Assembly: GCF_963506605.1 (NCBI RefSeq)
Contig: NC_083289.1
Location: 6,944,001 to 7,008,000, forward strand
Direction: 5' to 3'
From: Zootoca vivipara
Lineage: Eukaryota
DNA length: 64,000 nt
The notes beneath the pieces are model-generated. The model had not been told where the DNA came from and did no database searches. It saw only the letters and a program-made list of their open reading frames with translations. Made by a program: the position numbers and the translations under genes. Positions 1 to 12,290 of the stretch are shown piece after piece (position 1 is the first letter of the stretch; each line of letters opens with the position of its first letter).

Positions 1-1160
1 ATCAATTCCCCCCCCCCCTGGAAATCTAATCAGAGTTTAGCACTTATGTTGGGGGTGGTGGTGGTGGGGAATCTACTTGCAAGCCTGGAAACCCAGGATA
101 TCACACATGTTTTGCATTTAAAGTTTTCTGTGGTTTTTCTGGATCACACCCCTACAACTATGTAATAAGTCAGCTCATTAAGACCAGGTTCCACAGCAGC
201 TGCTGTTGGTGCTGGTGAAAGGGCAGGTGTCAACCTGTGATAATCTAGTGTGTGTGGAAAATACAGAGAAGAGACTTGCCCTCCCTCAGTTTTCCAATCC
301 CAGTTCGTGGATGCTCCCTGGTGCCCACAACCAAAGCAGGTGTGGCAATGAATGTGCTGAACCGACAACTCACACCCACAAACCATCCAGATTTGACTGG
401 GCCATCCTAGAATTTTTGTAAAATTTGCTTCGAGACTTTGTAAAGTTGATGAACAGGTGTAATAAATGGTAACAGTGGAATCCAGCTGCATCTGAGATCT
501 GGTGAGGAGCAAGGGCAACCTGAGGAGTAGTAACAAATTTCCCTCCTATCATTGCTTGCTTGCTTGTCCCATATGTTGGTATAGGCATACATGCACACCA
601 GGTTCCAGACATCTAGGCCAGGTGTAAAGAGCACAGGCAGCTTCAAGTCAGAGGCGCCTTCATGGCACTTGCTATTTTGCAACAAAAGGACAGGCAGCAT
701 TTGCAAATTGAAAGCCAACCAGGATGGCACAGTGAGCTCCTTCTCCCTTGCAGAGTGAGCCAAGCTCCCTGGCTGGCTTCTCCACCCTCTTCATCTTCCT
801 GTTTATTCCAAGTTTCATTAACGTCAATCTTCTGCAGACGGACTGTCATTCACGCTTGCACTGCCTCAGCCATGTCCTCTCTCCAGAGAGCCCCCTTCAT
901 CATTCTGATAAATGGGCTGTTAGCAGAGTGCATGATAAAACAGCAGGGATGAGAAGAGGGTTCTCTGCCGCCTATTTCTATGGGCTGTGATGAGGAAGGC
1001 AATTCAAGCTGGATTGGGACAAGGAGCTACTCGAGGCTAGTCCAATGAGTTAAGGCAGGCTTTTGTTAATTTAGCAATGCATGTGAGTAGCAAAGAGTTT
1101 TAAGAGAAGCCCAAGAAGAGACCTACACACTCCAAGTTGGGGCACTTACAAGAGGAAATA

Positions 1161-1285
1161 AGTAGGTAGCCGTGTTGGTCTGAGTCGAAGCAAAATAAAA
1201 AAAATTCCTTCAGTAGCACCTTAAAGACCAACTAAGTTTATATTTTGGTATGAGCTTTCGTGTGCATGCACACTTCTTCAGATAC
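1161..1285 (+). mobile_element. Penelope-like terminal fragment; further copies at 32040-32172 (reverse) and 50217-50309
   Basis: Near-identical gtagcaccttaaagaccaac...gagctttcgtgtgcatgcacacttcttcagatac at three sites; family call from recall. Confidence 0.7.
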
Positions 1286-2879
1286 TTCTTCAGAGGAAAT
1301 AAGATAGCCTGCTCTATAGCAGGTAGGGAGCCAGCCTGGTCTGGTACCGGAGTTTTCTTGACCTCAACCTCCATCTCAACAGGGAGGTCAAAATTATGCA
1401 TGGAGACAGAATAATCTATTGACACCCGCTTTAAGGTAGGGGCTAATCATGGGCAGCTGGGGTGTGTGTCTCCAAAGGGATTCTAAGTGTGCAAACATAC
1501 ACAAATAAGTGTGTAGTCTTGCCTGTAACACTTTTTCTAAATGGCGATCATATTCATACAATAAAAAGTGTGTGTCCCTCACTTGCAAATTGCATAATTG
1601 TTTGCTTTTCCACAAGACGTATATAGTGCTCATTACCTACAAATGTTCAAACCTCTACATTGTCCTTGAGTTCCAACAGATGAAGGTCAGGTTTATAATA
1701 AACGTCGTTGGGAAGACTTGTGCATCAGCTTTCATTTGTGTACATTTATTCTAAGCCACCCAGAGCACTTTGTTGTGGGGTGGCATTCAAATGGCATAAA
1801 TAAGCAAATGTGTATGAACGGAAAATGGCCAGAGGCCTGGAAGCAGGCCTTTGTTCTGAATTTTCCTCCTTTATCAGACGTTGGCACAAGCTATCCCTGT
1901 TGCTATCACTATTGTTATTATTTATTTATTGCCTCTCACGAATTACAGGGCATTGCACAACATGATAAAACAGAATGCAGCAATAATAATTAAAAGCAAT
2001 TAATTACACCAACTCAACAAACAGCAAGACATAAAGAATAACACAGAATCAGCAAGTCTTGAGTGTTGTTGCTTTCTGTTTGATAGAAAAATCATATTTA
2101 ATGCATCTTTGTTTATATTTCCAGTTCTTTATCATTTTGTGATCTATCTGGAAAAGATTGTTAGAAATGTACCGTAATTGAACTGTATGATCAAACCCAC
2201 CAGCCCCAGCTTGACCCATTAGATCTGCATTTTCTTAGCTTTCCCCTGGGGCTTGGGGGAAGAAGAAGGCTGCTTTATTCAGAGACAGTCACCCCTGAGC
2301 AGATGTGAAGCGCTGCTTTATTCTCACAGTTAGGGTCTTAAGCAGAGGCTGATTTAAGTGACTTGTAAAAGTAAGGTCCTTAATTCTTGAAGTTCAGGAA
2401 ATGCCCTTTTGAAGATGGCAGGTCTCCTGGCTCATGCATGTTTTATTCCCAAACAAAAATTGATAAAACAATGGCTTGCTAATCTCAACAAGGCAGGACT
2501 GGATGGAATTCCCAGTATGCGGCAATGGCAGGCATTTGACCATCATAGCCAGCATGGGCGTAGGCATGAGCTGAAAACACTCAACATTAACATTGCTGCT
2601 CTACAGGGACAAGACTTCCTTCGAATGGCAGCCTCAGAGAGAACTACACCTTTTTGCGGCGAGGGCATCCTGAAGATTCACTGCGTAAGATTTGCAGCGA
2701 GGGACTCCCTTCTGTCTGTGATAGAACTGCCAGCTGAGAGCTCAGAATGCTTGCCTTCTCTCCATCTCTCTACCACCTCCATTCCGGTTAACATATTGAG
2801 TGTTTACGCTCTGTGTGCTCTGATATGCAGATCAAGAACAAGTTCTGCGAGGACCTGGACCAGGATGTCAGGAGCCTGC

Positions 2880-3110
2880 TAACACTTTCTCAGTAGTGGA
2901 GCCCGCCCTGTGGAATGCCCTCCCAGCAGATGTAAAAGAAATAAACAACTATCTGACATTTAGAAGACATCTGAAGGCAGCCCTGTTTAGGGAAGTTTTT
3001 AATGTTTGCAGTTTTATTCTGTTTTTGTGCTCTGCTGGGAGTTGCCCAGAGTGGCTGGGGAAACCCAACCAGATAGGTGGGGTATAAATAATAAAATTAT
3101 TATTATTACT
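2880..3110 (+). mobile_element. L2 3' tail (mirror copy at 58820-59060)
   Basis: ALWNALPADVKEINNYLTFRRHLKAALF followed by a (TTA)n tail. Confidence 0.8.
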
Positions 3111-4761
3111 ACTACCATTCCTGCTGGGAGAGTTCATCACAGTTAGGATAACCGCAGAGGCCGCCTTGGTATCGGGAGCCTGAACAAGAACGGAGACAGG
3201 CTTCTTGAACTGTGCTCATACCACAGCCTCTGCGTCACGAACATGTTATGCTCTACCAAGGCAAAACACTCAGTGTCCTGGAGACATCTTAGATGTCAGG
3301 TCACTGGCACCAGCGGGACTGGATTGTCACCAGGCGATTGCACTGAACTGTGTTAATGCCACACAGAGCGACCACAGCACTGACTGCGACGTGGTCACTC
3401 CCTGGTGGCAAGCAAAGAGGACCTCTAGCCAATCTAAGGTTCTGCACTTTGGCAGGAAGAAGCAGCTGCACCAATATGAGATGAGGGACACCTGGTTTGC
3501 TGGAAGGAAAAAGGATCTAGGGATCTTAGTGGACCATAAGCTTAACATAAGTCAACCTGAAAGTGATGCAGCAGCAAAAAATGCTAATGCTATTTTAGGC
3601 TACAACAAAAAAAGTGTCAAGATGAATGGAATAAAATAACACAAGGAAATTCAAAACAGTAACAATTTATTGTGCATTTATTCAAAATCCATTAAAAAAA
3701 TGTTTTTATTCCATGCTCTTCCTGTTCTCTTTCTTCTTTTCACCAATCAGTGAAATCCCGTCTCTGCCTTCAATCAGCTCGAGACCGAGACACTTGGAGT
3801 TATACAGGAGTAGATCATATATCCTAAGGAATGGGAAAACCCAAAATTCTGTGAGATCTTTTGAGGCAAAATAATGTTAACAATTGTCAGATCTTTCTCT
3901 GTCCCCTGCCCTGCCTTGTCTTTTGCCAAAACAAAGGTGGCCACCCTGTGCTCAGACAGCAAGACCCCCCTCTCTCTCGGCCTCCCTGAGGTGGTCCAAA
4001 GGAAACAAGAGCCCCAGCTTGGCTGCAGGAGTTGCCAGAAGGAGGTCTACAAAATGCCACCCAACCATCTTAGGGACTCCACTCTGCATCTGTGGAGGGT
4101 TTACTCTGGAGCCTTTTCTTCTCCTGAAGCCATCCCATGAGGCAGCAGAGGTTTAGAATCAGAGTTCTCCTCCATGGGCTCCCTTCCAGGGGGGATGAGC
4201 CCCATTATGCCCTCACTTCCCTCTACAGCACACGCACAAACAGCTTTCTCTGGATCTCATCCGCTCAATCTGCCGGAGTCTGTTTTCTGGCCCAGGGGAA
4301 AGTCCCTCACTCACTGAGGGTTTGAGACCCATTGGCTACCCTCCCCTGGTCCCCTGACCTCTTCTCCCTCTGACTGCTCATCCCTGTGCCCCCACCATTT
4401 CCTGGGCTCGGAGATGTCTTCCCTTCCTGGTTCTCCAACTGCTTCCTCCCACCATTCCTCTGTGCCTAACCAGTCCATGACATTGTTCCACCCCTTGGCC
4501 TCTGTCCCCAGAAGGCAGCTTCCCCCTACCTGATCTGGTCCCACAGCCACTGCTTCCCTTTTGCCCCCATGAAAATATGGAAAAGGAGGTCCTGCTGCCA
4601 TCATTCTGTCACCTGCAAGAGAAAAAAGGTAAGCAGGATGCCAGGAGTGCCTGCTTCTCTCACAGATGAAACAGGGCATCTCCAACTACAGGTGGGCTTT
4701 TGAGAAAGTCTTACCTGCTGAGTGAATTTGGATGTTGGCCTCTTTCTGGTGTCCGCACTAC

Positions 4762-7118
4762 CTATAAATCTTCAATTATAATATCATCTGGATGGAAGAG
4801 AATGAGAATGAAAATGAAAATGAGATTTTCAAACAGGCCTTTCCCCCCCATCCTTCAGTCAAAGGTCCCAGGTTGGAAATGTAGCTGGAGTCAGTCCGGA
4901 CACTGTCCTCCCAGGCCAGGTGGGAAAGGCCTGCCAGGCAGGGAGCAGGTCCTGCCAGACTCCCAGCAAGAAGACCTCAGAGGTGGGTCTTGGGCAAATA
5001 AGAGACAAGGTAGTTTGCTGTCTCCATAGTGTGGGGCTCACCTTCTTCCAGCTTCAGGCGGAAGCAGGCCAGGTCCGGCCGAACTACCGTCATCTGCAGA
5101 GGAAAGAAAAATTGGGGTCAGATGGCAGCAAGAGAGCACAGAAGCAGTGCCCAGCCAGGAAGGACGGGTCTCCCTCTGTCTTGGGCCCAAACCCTTGTTC
5201 CAGAGGACCTCCCTGGGCCCTGCAGCCTCCTGGGCAGAGGTGGAAGGGCAGCCTCTGCCCTCACCCTGGCCCCCAGGGACACACATCGCATCATCTGCGT
5301 TAAAGGTCACTCAGGGATGTGCTCTTGGAGGGATGGAAGCAAACAAAGGAAGGAATAGAAGAAGGCGAGCTACTTACTCAGAGGCGGGGAAATTTCCGGG
5401 CAACGGCCAGCAGCAACGAAATGCTGCTGGCCGCTAGTTTTTGAGCCTCCCCGCTTTCCCCTAGGGCGTATCCTCACAGGTCCTGTAGGAGGAAAGAGCG
5501 TCTCAGAGTCAGGGGCCAGTCTGGCCCAAAGCGGCCCTCACTGCCCCCACCACAGAGTCCCTGGCACTTCTGGACCATGAGGGTTTGCCAACATTGGTCT
5601 TGGACCAAATTGAGGGCCAAACAGGCTCTGTGCCCCAGAAATGGGGCAGTCCGTTGGGTAAGGGATGGGGGGGGCAGGCAACCCTAAAACCACCCTGATG
5701 CCATCGGGACACTTACACTTAAAAGTTGCAGGAGGGTGCCCGGATTGGGGGCTTCCATAAGGAGACTTCCAAGGAGGAGACGGAAGTGGCGCTTCAGCTC
5801 CTGCGGGAAAAGAGAGAAGAGAGTTTGAATGCTGGCGAAATATGATGATGAAGAAGAAAGAGCCATGCAAAGGGAATTCAGGACAAAGGACATACCTCTC
5901 TTTCCTCCTCCTTTTCTGGGCCCTGAAGAACTGCCTCCATGGTCCTATGGAGGATCGCACTGATCATATCGCAGCTGAATTTGGGCCTCATGGTACTGCA
6001 GAGATGAAAGCAAGAGGATTAGATGCTTCCTCCTCCAAGTCTCCCCTGGAGTTCTGCCCCCCACCCCCCACAACCCCGTCCATCACAGACCCCACTCACC
6101 TTAGCTGGAGGAGGGCCTCCAAGGCAAGGGCCAGGGTCAGGGGGCGATCCCTGAAGTGCTCCAAGGGCCCCAAGATGTCCTGGAAGAGAACAGAGGAGGA
6201 AAATCAGCTCTTTCCGGGGCCTCCAGAGGACAGCTCCGACCCCCAACACCAGGCTTGGCTTTCCAGGGGACCCTAAGCCGGCAGGGTCCTCCTCTCCGCA
6301 GATTCACAACCCCTTCCCTAAAGCCCCTCCTCCCCCCCACCTCCCCACAGGGGTCCCTCACACCACTCCTCACTCACCAGAATGGCTTTGGCCGTCTCCT
6401 GCTTGGAGCACTTCAGGGTTCGCAGCCCCCTGAGCTCAGCTGCCTGGCAACTCTGGATGACCCCGAGGATGTATAATTGCTCATCCTGGAGCAGCTGAAA
6501 TGCAAAAGTCAGACTGTCAGTTCCTTGTGAGGGGAGGGCTTCTCTGCATCTGAGAGTGCAGAGTGGGGGGCAGGTCTGAGGGATCCAGTCCCTGTTCTTG
6601 TTTTTTGCAATACTCACCCCTGGGGAAGGGATATGGAACCGCAGAACTGCAAAAAGAAGGACATGTGAACAGGTGAGTCCGTCCCTGAGCCCCTGGCAAG
6701 CCTATTCCGAGAGATTTCTCCTGGATTCCAAGTCCTACTGCAGAGGTGGGACGCCCCAGGGCTCGGTGGCAAATTCTGGCCTCCTTTCCCCAGGGAAGGT
6801 ACCAGCCCCCTGCTTCATTCATTAGACTCCACAAAATGGGTTGGCCTCTGGGGGGAGGGGGTTCCAGCCACTGGCCCAATGGACCTTGGGTCGGATTCAG
6901 CCATCTGGCTCTTTCCATCTTTTGACTAGCTCCCCCCCCAATGCCGATTCCTGCCCTCCTCTGTCCAAAAAAGGAGGGCCACTTGCTCACCTGGTGCCAC
7001 GGGCTGCTCTGGGCTTTACTGGGGGGCCACTTGCTCACCTGGTGCCACGGGCTGCTCTGGGCTTTACTGGGGGGCCACCCTGTGGCAGCGCCTGAACAGG
7101 CGCCTTAAGCACCTGATC
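4762..7118 (-). pseudogene. Disabled paralog of the MROH-like gene in the left arm
   Basis: Same nine exons: 7118-7039, 6646-6618, 6494-6378, 6179-6100, 5995-5896, 5800-5717, 5482-5378, 5093-5042, 4787-4762. Premature stops TAA at 7064-7066 (CAA in right copy), TGA at 5474-5476 and TGA at 5378-5380 (both CGA in right copy). Confidence 0.8.
6976..7078. repeat. 48-bp tandem duplication, left arm only
   Basis: ccacttgctcacctggtgccacgggctgctctgggctttactgg at 6979 and 7027; single copy at about 54970-55020. Confidence 0.93.
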
Positions 7119-7719
7119 CTAGAAGAGATGAGCGGAGAGAGAAACTCAGACCCCGGCAGCCCCAATTCTTGGGGGGGAGTGTTTGTGTGTGAAGAGGGGT
7201 GTCTGGAGAAGACAGGGAACCACCACCAAATGGGCAGAACAGAAATACGTATGTGGAGAGGGGAGAGCTTTGGGTCATTCATTAACATTGTTACCGGAAT
7301 TCATGGAAGGGGGGTTCCCCCTCCAGCAGGCACCACATCCCCCTCCAACTGTAGCTCAAATCAACACCTTCACTTCTGCAAATGTCCCCACAAAACACAT
7401 CATCCTGACACAGTCCTTTCCTTTTTCCATTCCAAAGGCTCCCGTAAATAAGGTGCTCAACCAATCTGCTCAGACTATCCAAGTAACTGTCCAATAGCAA
7501 CCAAGGAGTGCCGCTAAACAGCGCCCCCCAGCACAAAGCACACAGGCACTGCAACTGCCGACCAGCCGTGGCCTCTGCTCTACAAATAGGAATTCCCACT
7601 GGGAAAAGGGAAAAGTCAGAACCAGCCATGAAAACCGTTCTTGGTCCATTGAAACTAGTCTTTTGCGTTTCATTCTAGGCTCTTGTACTACCAATCCAGC
7701 TGTAGGCTTCTGAAACATG

Positions 7720-9600
7720 AACCACTTATAAACACCATCTCCAACGCCTTGAAAGATTCCATCAATGGTGTCTCTGAAAAATGTGACATATCTCTTGGGA
7801 AGGCAGGCAAACCAATACCAGTGTCCTGGAAGAAGCAAAGATCCCCAGTATTGAAGCAATGTTTTTCAACACCAACTTCGTTGGACTGGTCATGTGGTTC
7901 AGATGTCTGATTATCATCTTCCCAAGCAACTACTCTATTCCAAACTTAAAAATGGAAAGCGTAATGCTGGTGGCCAAGAAAAGAGGTTCAAAGGGTTCCG
8001 GTTTCCGCCTGCAGGAATGGCGGACCTGTTTTCCATCTCTCTGACCTTCGTAAGGAATTTGGCGGTTGCTAGGGGAGTAAATGGCAACCCCCTACCCTCT
8101 CCGGGGGTTACGGAGAGGGGCCGCTGGCCCGCGATGCCCCCAGACCCACTCCGACTGTTTTTGGAGTGGGGGGAGCTTGGGCTGAGCACTTACAAGGGCC
8201 AGGACTCCCGGACGCTAATCTGCATGGCGGGGATTTCCATGGTTAAAGAAGATAATTAGGCTTAAATCTATGGACATACTTCAGAAGGAGGGGAAGAAGC
8301 GCTGTTTACTGCTGAGAAATTTATGCTGCTGAGGGAGAGGAGTCAAAGATTGTACTGCATCTGGAAGAAGGATTGATGGGGACGGAGCGATAAGGGAAGT
8401 GAGTTTTTATTTTTTTTTCTTCATATTGTTGCCTCGTACCTTCCCGGACGCGATGTCCTGGCTTGTTTGGAGTGAAAGAGAAGCAAAAGACTGTGTGAGT
8501 TGAACTTTATAACTGTTGTTACTGAGCATATTTTTTAAAGATGTGGAGTTGCCGATGAGAAAAGCCCCCCCCTAGTCGGACGGAAGGAGTTCTGGACGCG
8601 TTCGGAGGATTTATGAGCTGTGACGCACTTTAAATTGGAGCAGCGACCTGAAGCTAAGTTCAGCTATAGGGCAAGGAGATCCATTAATTTACCAAGAGTC
8701 TATGGTTTGATGTTTGGGTCTCCTGCCTGGAAAAGCTGTAAATTCTATAATGATCGTAAATCTTCATGGCTATGAGAGAAAACGAAAGTGATTTGAGCTT
8801 TTTAAGATGGCGCTACTTCGAACTGCTTCGACGCAACAGGGAGCTCCATTAAGAAGATTTATGGGGAGGCTGGACTGATTAACTCACACAGGAGAAAGAA
8901 CATCTGTGAAACTTTGTTTGATATTTATCTCAGCAGCTGGGAAACAATCGGATGAAAGTGGAAAACATCTATGTGACTGTAAGGGGAAGATCTGGATTAT
9001 TATGAACTTGGAGGACGATTTGAACTTTAGAAAAAAGACGGCAGTGGACAGTTGCGAGGAATTCCCAATTTCTTGAAGCATGGGAACCCAAATAAAAAAT
9101 TCTTTAGATGATTTGGCATAACATTCGGTTTGATTGATATATATATGTGTATAATTTGAAATATTGAATGTGATATAATTGGTTTTAATTGGAAAATTAA
9201 TAAAAATATTTTTAAAAAAAGAAAAAAGAAAAGAGGTTCAAATACACTCTCAAGGCCAATCTAAAAAATGTTGCATAAACACCAATGGCTGGGAAACACT
9301 GGCCTGCGAGTGCTCCAGTAGGAGAACAGCGTTTACCAAAGGTGTAATGGGCTTTGAAGACACATGAACTCAGGATGCAAGGGAGAAACGAGCGAAGAGG
9401 AAGGCACGCTTTGCAAACCCTCACTATGATCAACTCCCACCCAGAAAACTATGTCCCCGCTGTGGAAGGACATGTGGATCCAGAATTGGCCTCCACAGTC
9501 ACTTACAGACTCATGGTTCAAACTCACTTTTCATGGAAGTCAATCTTATCCGGCTATGAGTGATAGAAGAAGAGAAGGAGAAGAAGGAGAAGGAGGAGAT
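7720..9600 (+). mobile_element. RTE-BovB-like LINE 3' fragment, split by the L1-type insertion
   Basis: HLPKQLLYSKLKNGKRNAGGQEKRFK, terminal C-x2-C/RIGLHSH region and (GAA)n tail; same family as 47390-48400. Confidence 0.85.
7993..9225 (+). mobile_element. About 1.23-kb non-autonomous L1-type retroposon with a 17-bp TSD
   Basis: TSD aagaaaagaggttcaaa at 7976-7992 and 9226-9242; GC-rich 5' end gggttccggtttccgcc; AATAAA and A-rich tail; empty site in the right arm at about 54066-54082; no long ORF. Confidence 0.85.
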
Positions 9601-10421
9601 AATATCTGGTCGTAGCACTTGCCTACTCTTGCAGTGGGAAAACCTTCAAATATTCATATAAAAGCAATCACACATCGGATTGACACTGTTCCAATGCTGT
9701 TCTGCTCAGAAGGAAGATGGCTACCAGAGGAGGCACTTGGGATATGGCTAGGAGCAGCCACCATCCCTGAAGCATGAGACCACGTACACAGCAACCCTTC
9801 TGCCTGGGTGATAATCACTGCCCTCCTGGTCTCTGAGTGCCAGACAGGTAGCCATCTCAAGGACAAGAGTGGATCCAACCTCCATGGAATGGGGACTTGG
9901 CCAGGAGGTACTAAACTTGGCTAGGAAACAGGAACATATCTATACCTATCTATCTATCTTCCTTTGTTTTACTTAATGGGTGTAAGGTGGAGGTCAAGGG
10001 AGGGACAGGGACAAACCTGATACTCAGGTTTCCGCCAGAAAAACCTCCCAGTTTGGGACACAAATGTGATGTATGTAGGACATTTTATTAAAAGGCGTTG
10101 TGGGTAAAATGGGTTTCTTTCTGCTTCTTCCATGTGGTAGTTGGAAGTCCTGTCGCAACAATTCATTGAATAAAGAACAGGCCTCACCAGAGAGCCAAGG
10201 CTGTGCAGGGGACCCCACGACTCACCCCCCCACCCCCACCCCCCAGAGATGAAGAGAAAGGGAAGGAATGCTACTTACAGCCTGCCCATTTCGTCCACGA
10301 AAAGATCCCACCCTCCTCTCTAAAGTAACTAACTATCTAAAATGCCCACCCAAGCCTAAATCTGACCCCAACCCCAACCCCTGCCCTAAGTCTACACCTA
10401 ACCCCCGCCCTAACCCTAACT

Positions 10422-11925
10422 CAGGGGTGTCAAACTCAAATTCATCGGGGGCCGCATCAGCAGTTTGGTCACCCTCAAAGGGCCGGTTGTGTCTGTAGGA
10501 CTATGTGTCCACTCTTTATTATCATAAATTATTGTCACTGCATTCAATTATTACTGTTTTTGTAATAATGTAAGCTCATTCCCGCCCCCACGCGGATCAC
10601 ATTCCTGCGTCGTGGCGCGTGTGTGGGAGGGGATGTAAACGAGGGAAATTTGAACAAAAGGTGGGGATCGACGGCTTCCGGGGGGGGGGGGCTCAACTAA
10701 ACCTTCGGCAGGAAGGAGAAAGCCACTGCTGGGATTTAAAACCTGCAGATGGAAAGAGGGCTTCCCTCTCCCGCCCTGCGCACACCCAAACCCCGCTAGG
10801 CAGGATTCCACATGCTGCAACCCACCCCATGCTTTGGAGAGGGGCAGGAACATGTGGTGCAGCGCCAACTCCCTGCTTTGCTTTTGCATCCTCCCTCCTC
10901 AGCGCCAGAGTCCCTTCCCCTCGCACTGAGGGAGGGCAGCGGATTTCCTGAGGAGGAAGGCGGCGGCAGCCCCAGCGGACGTGCATCTTCGCCTCAGAGC
11001 TGCTCTTCCCCCCACCCGCGCTGTTGTCGTCTTCGCCACCACCTCTCCCTACCGGGACTGCAGGCAGAGGAGGCTTGAAAACCTCCCCCCCCCCAAAAAA
11101 AACCCTCCCACCTACTCAAACCGCGAGGCGACTCCATCTGGAGCCCTACATCACGAGGGGCTGAGAGGAGGCCGCCGCCTCCCTCCCGGCTGCCCCCCGG
11201 GGCCGGAACTGAGAAGCCAAAGGGCGGCTCAGGGGTGGGGGGAAGAGCAAAAGCCAGGCACCCTCCCGAGTGTCTATGAGGAGAAAACGGGGGAAGAGGG
11301 AAGAGAAACCCGGCTCCATCAAGAGAGCGGCTGTTGCGCTTCGCCTACTTCCCCCTCAGGCTCACTCCGCGTCCCTTTCGCCCGCTCGCTCGCCCACCTC
11401 CCGGATGCAGCCGAGGAGAGGAAGGGAAGCGGCGGGCGGCAGCTCCCCAGTGTCGCCTCACTCGCTCTCGGAGACAACAGCAAAGCCCGCCAAAAAAAAA
11501 TCCAGCACTGCTCCGTCCCGGCACCAACTTTGCCGGCGGCGCCTGTAGGGCTTTCCTACCTCCTCGGTGGGCTTCCTCCTCCTCCTCCTGCATCTCACTT
11601 CCCCGTCTAGCCACCTCAGCCTCATTCGAAATTGAAATTCCCTGGCCAAGGCCGTCAGCGTGGGCTTCCTCCTCCTCCTCCTGCATCTCACTTCCCCGTC
11701 TAGCCACCTCAGCCTCATTCGAAATTGAAATTCCCTGGCCAAGGCCGTCAGCGTGGCTCCAGCGCCCCGGCCTCTGCCTGCAGCCCCACCCCCGGTTTTG
11801 ACCCTCGGCCAATCGCAGGCTCCAGAACTACTGTCAGCGGTCACCGGCGGCGGCGGCTACGCGGGCCACATGACGAGGTCTGGCGGGCCGGATTAGGCCA
11901 CCGGGCCTTGTGTTTGACACCCGTG
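10422..11925. mobile_element. 1.5-kb non-autonomous hAT (Charlie-like) DNA transposon
   Basis: TIRs CAGGGGTGTCAAAC and GTTTGACACCCGTG (1 mismatch); 8-bp TSD CCCTAACT at 10414-10421 and 11926-11933; empty site in the right arm at about 52844-52851. Confidence 0.92.
11567..11752. repeat. 93-bp tandem duplication inside the hAT element
   Basis: gtgggcttcctcctcc...ggccgtcagc starts at 11567 and again at 11660. Confidence 0.95.
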
Positions 11926-12204
11926 CCCTAACTACTCTATGTACAAAATATATACAAACTATGCACAGATGTGCACAAAAAACAAAGAACAAAAATAATA
12001 TAAAGTACAAAAAATAAAATAAAAGTGCCAAAAGAAAAGAATAAAAGAAAAGAAAAATAAATCAAACCAAATAAATAAAAGTAATAAATCAAATCAAAAT
12101 CAAAATAAGAAACTGGAAAAATAACCTCCTCTCCTCTCCTCATCACCACCAACCACCACCAACCGCCACTAACTCCTCTCTCTCTCCTCGCCTCACTACA
12201 AACC

Positions 12205-12290
12205 CACAATGGCTGCCTGCAAGTCAGTGGCTTTTAAAGGAGAAGCAAGAGAAGTCACAAAGGAGGGCGGGTCCTTGTCACCGTGGAAAC
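12205..12290 (-). promoter_or_regulatory. Putative promoter of the left MROH-like pseudogene (mirror copy)
   Basis: GTCACCGTGGAAAC 12277-12290, GGGCGGG, TTTTAAA at about 12232. Confidence 0.5.

Noticed and set aside
6470-6500. LLILEQL on the plus strand suggested a SCAN-domain zinc-finger gene
   Set aside because: No other SCAN motifs in frame; the segment is the antisense of an exon of the MROH-like gene
10551-11931. Several 100-209 aa ORFs
   Set aside because: Low-complexity GC-rich frames on both strands inside a non-autonomous hAT element; no transposase motifs
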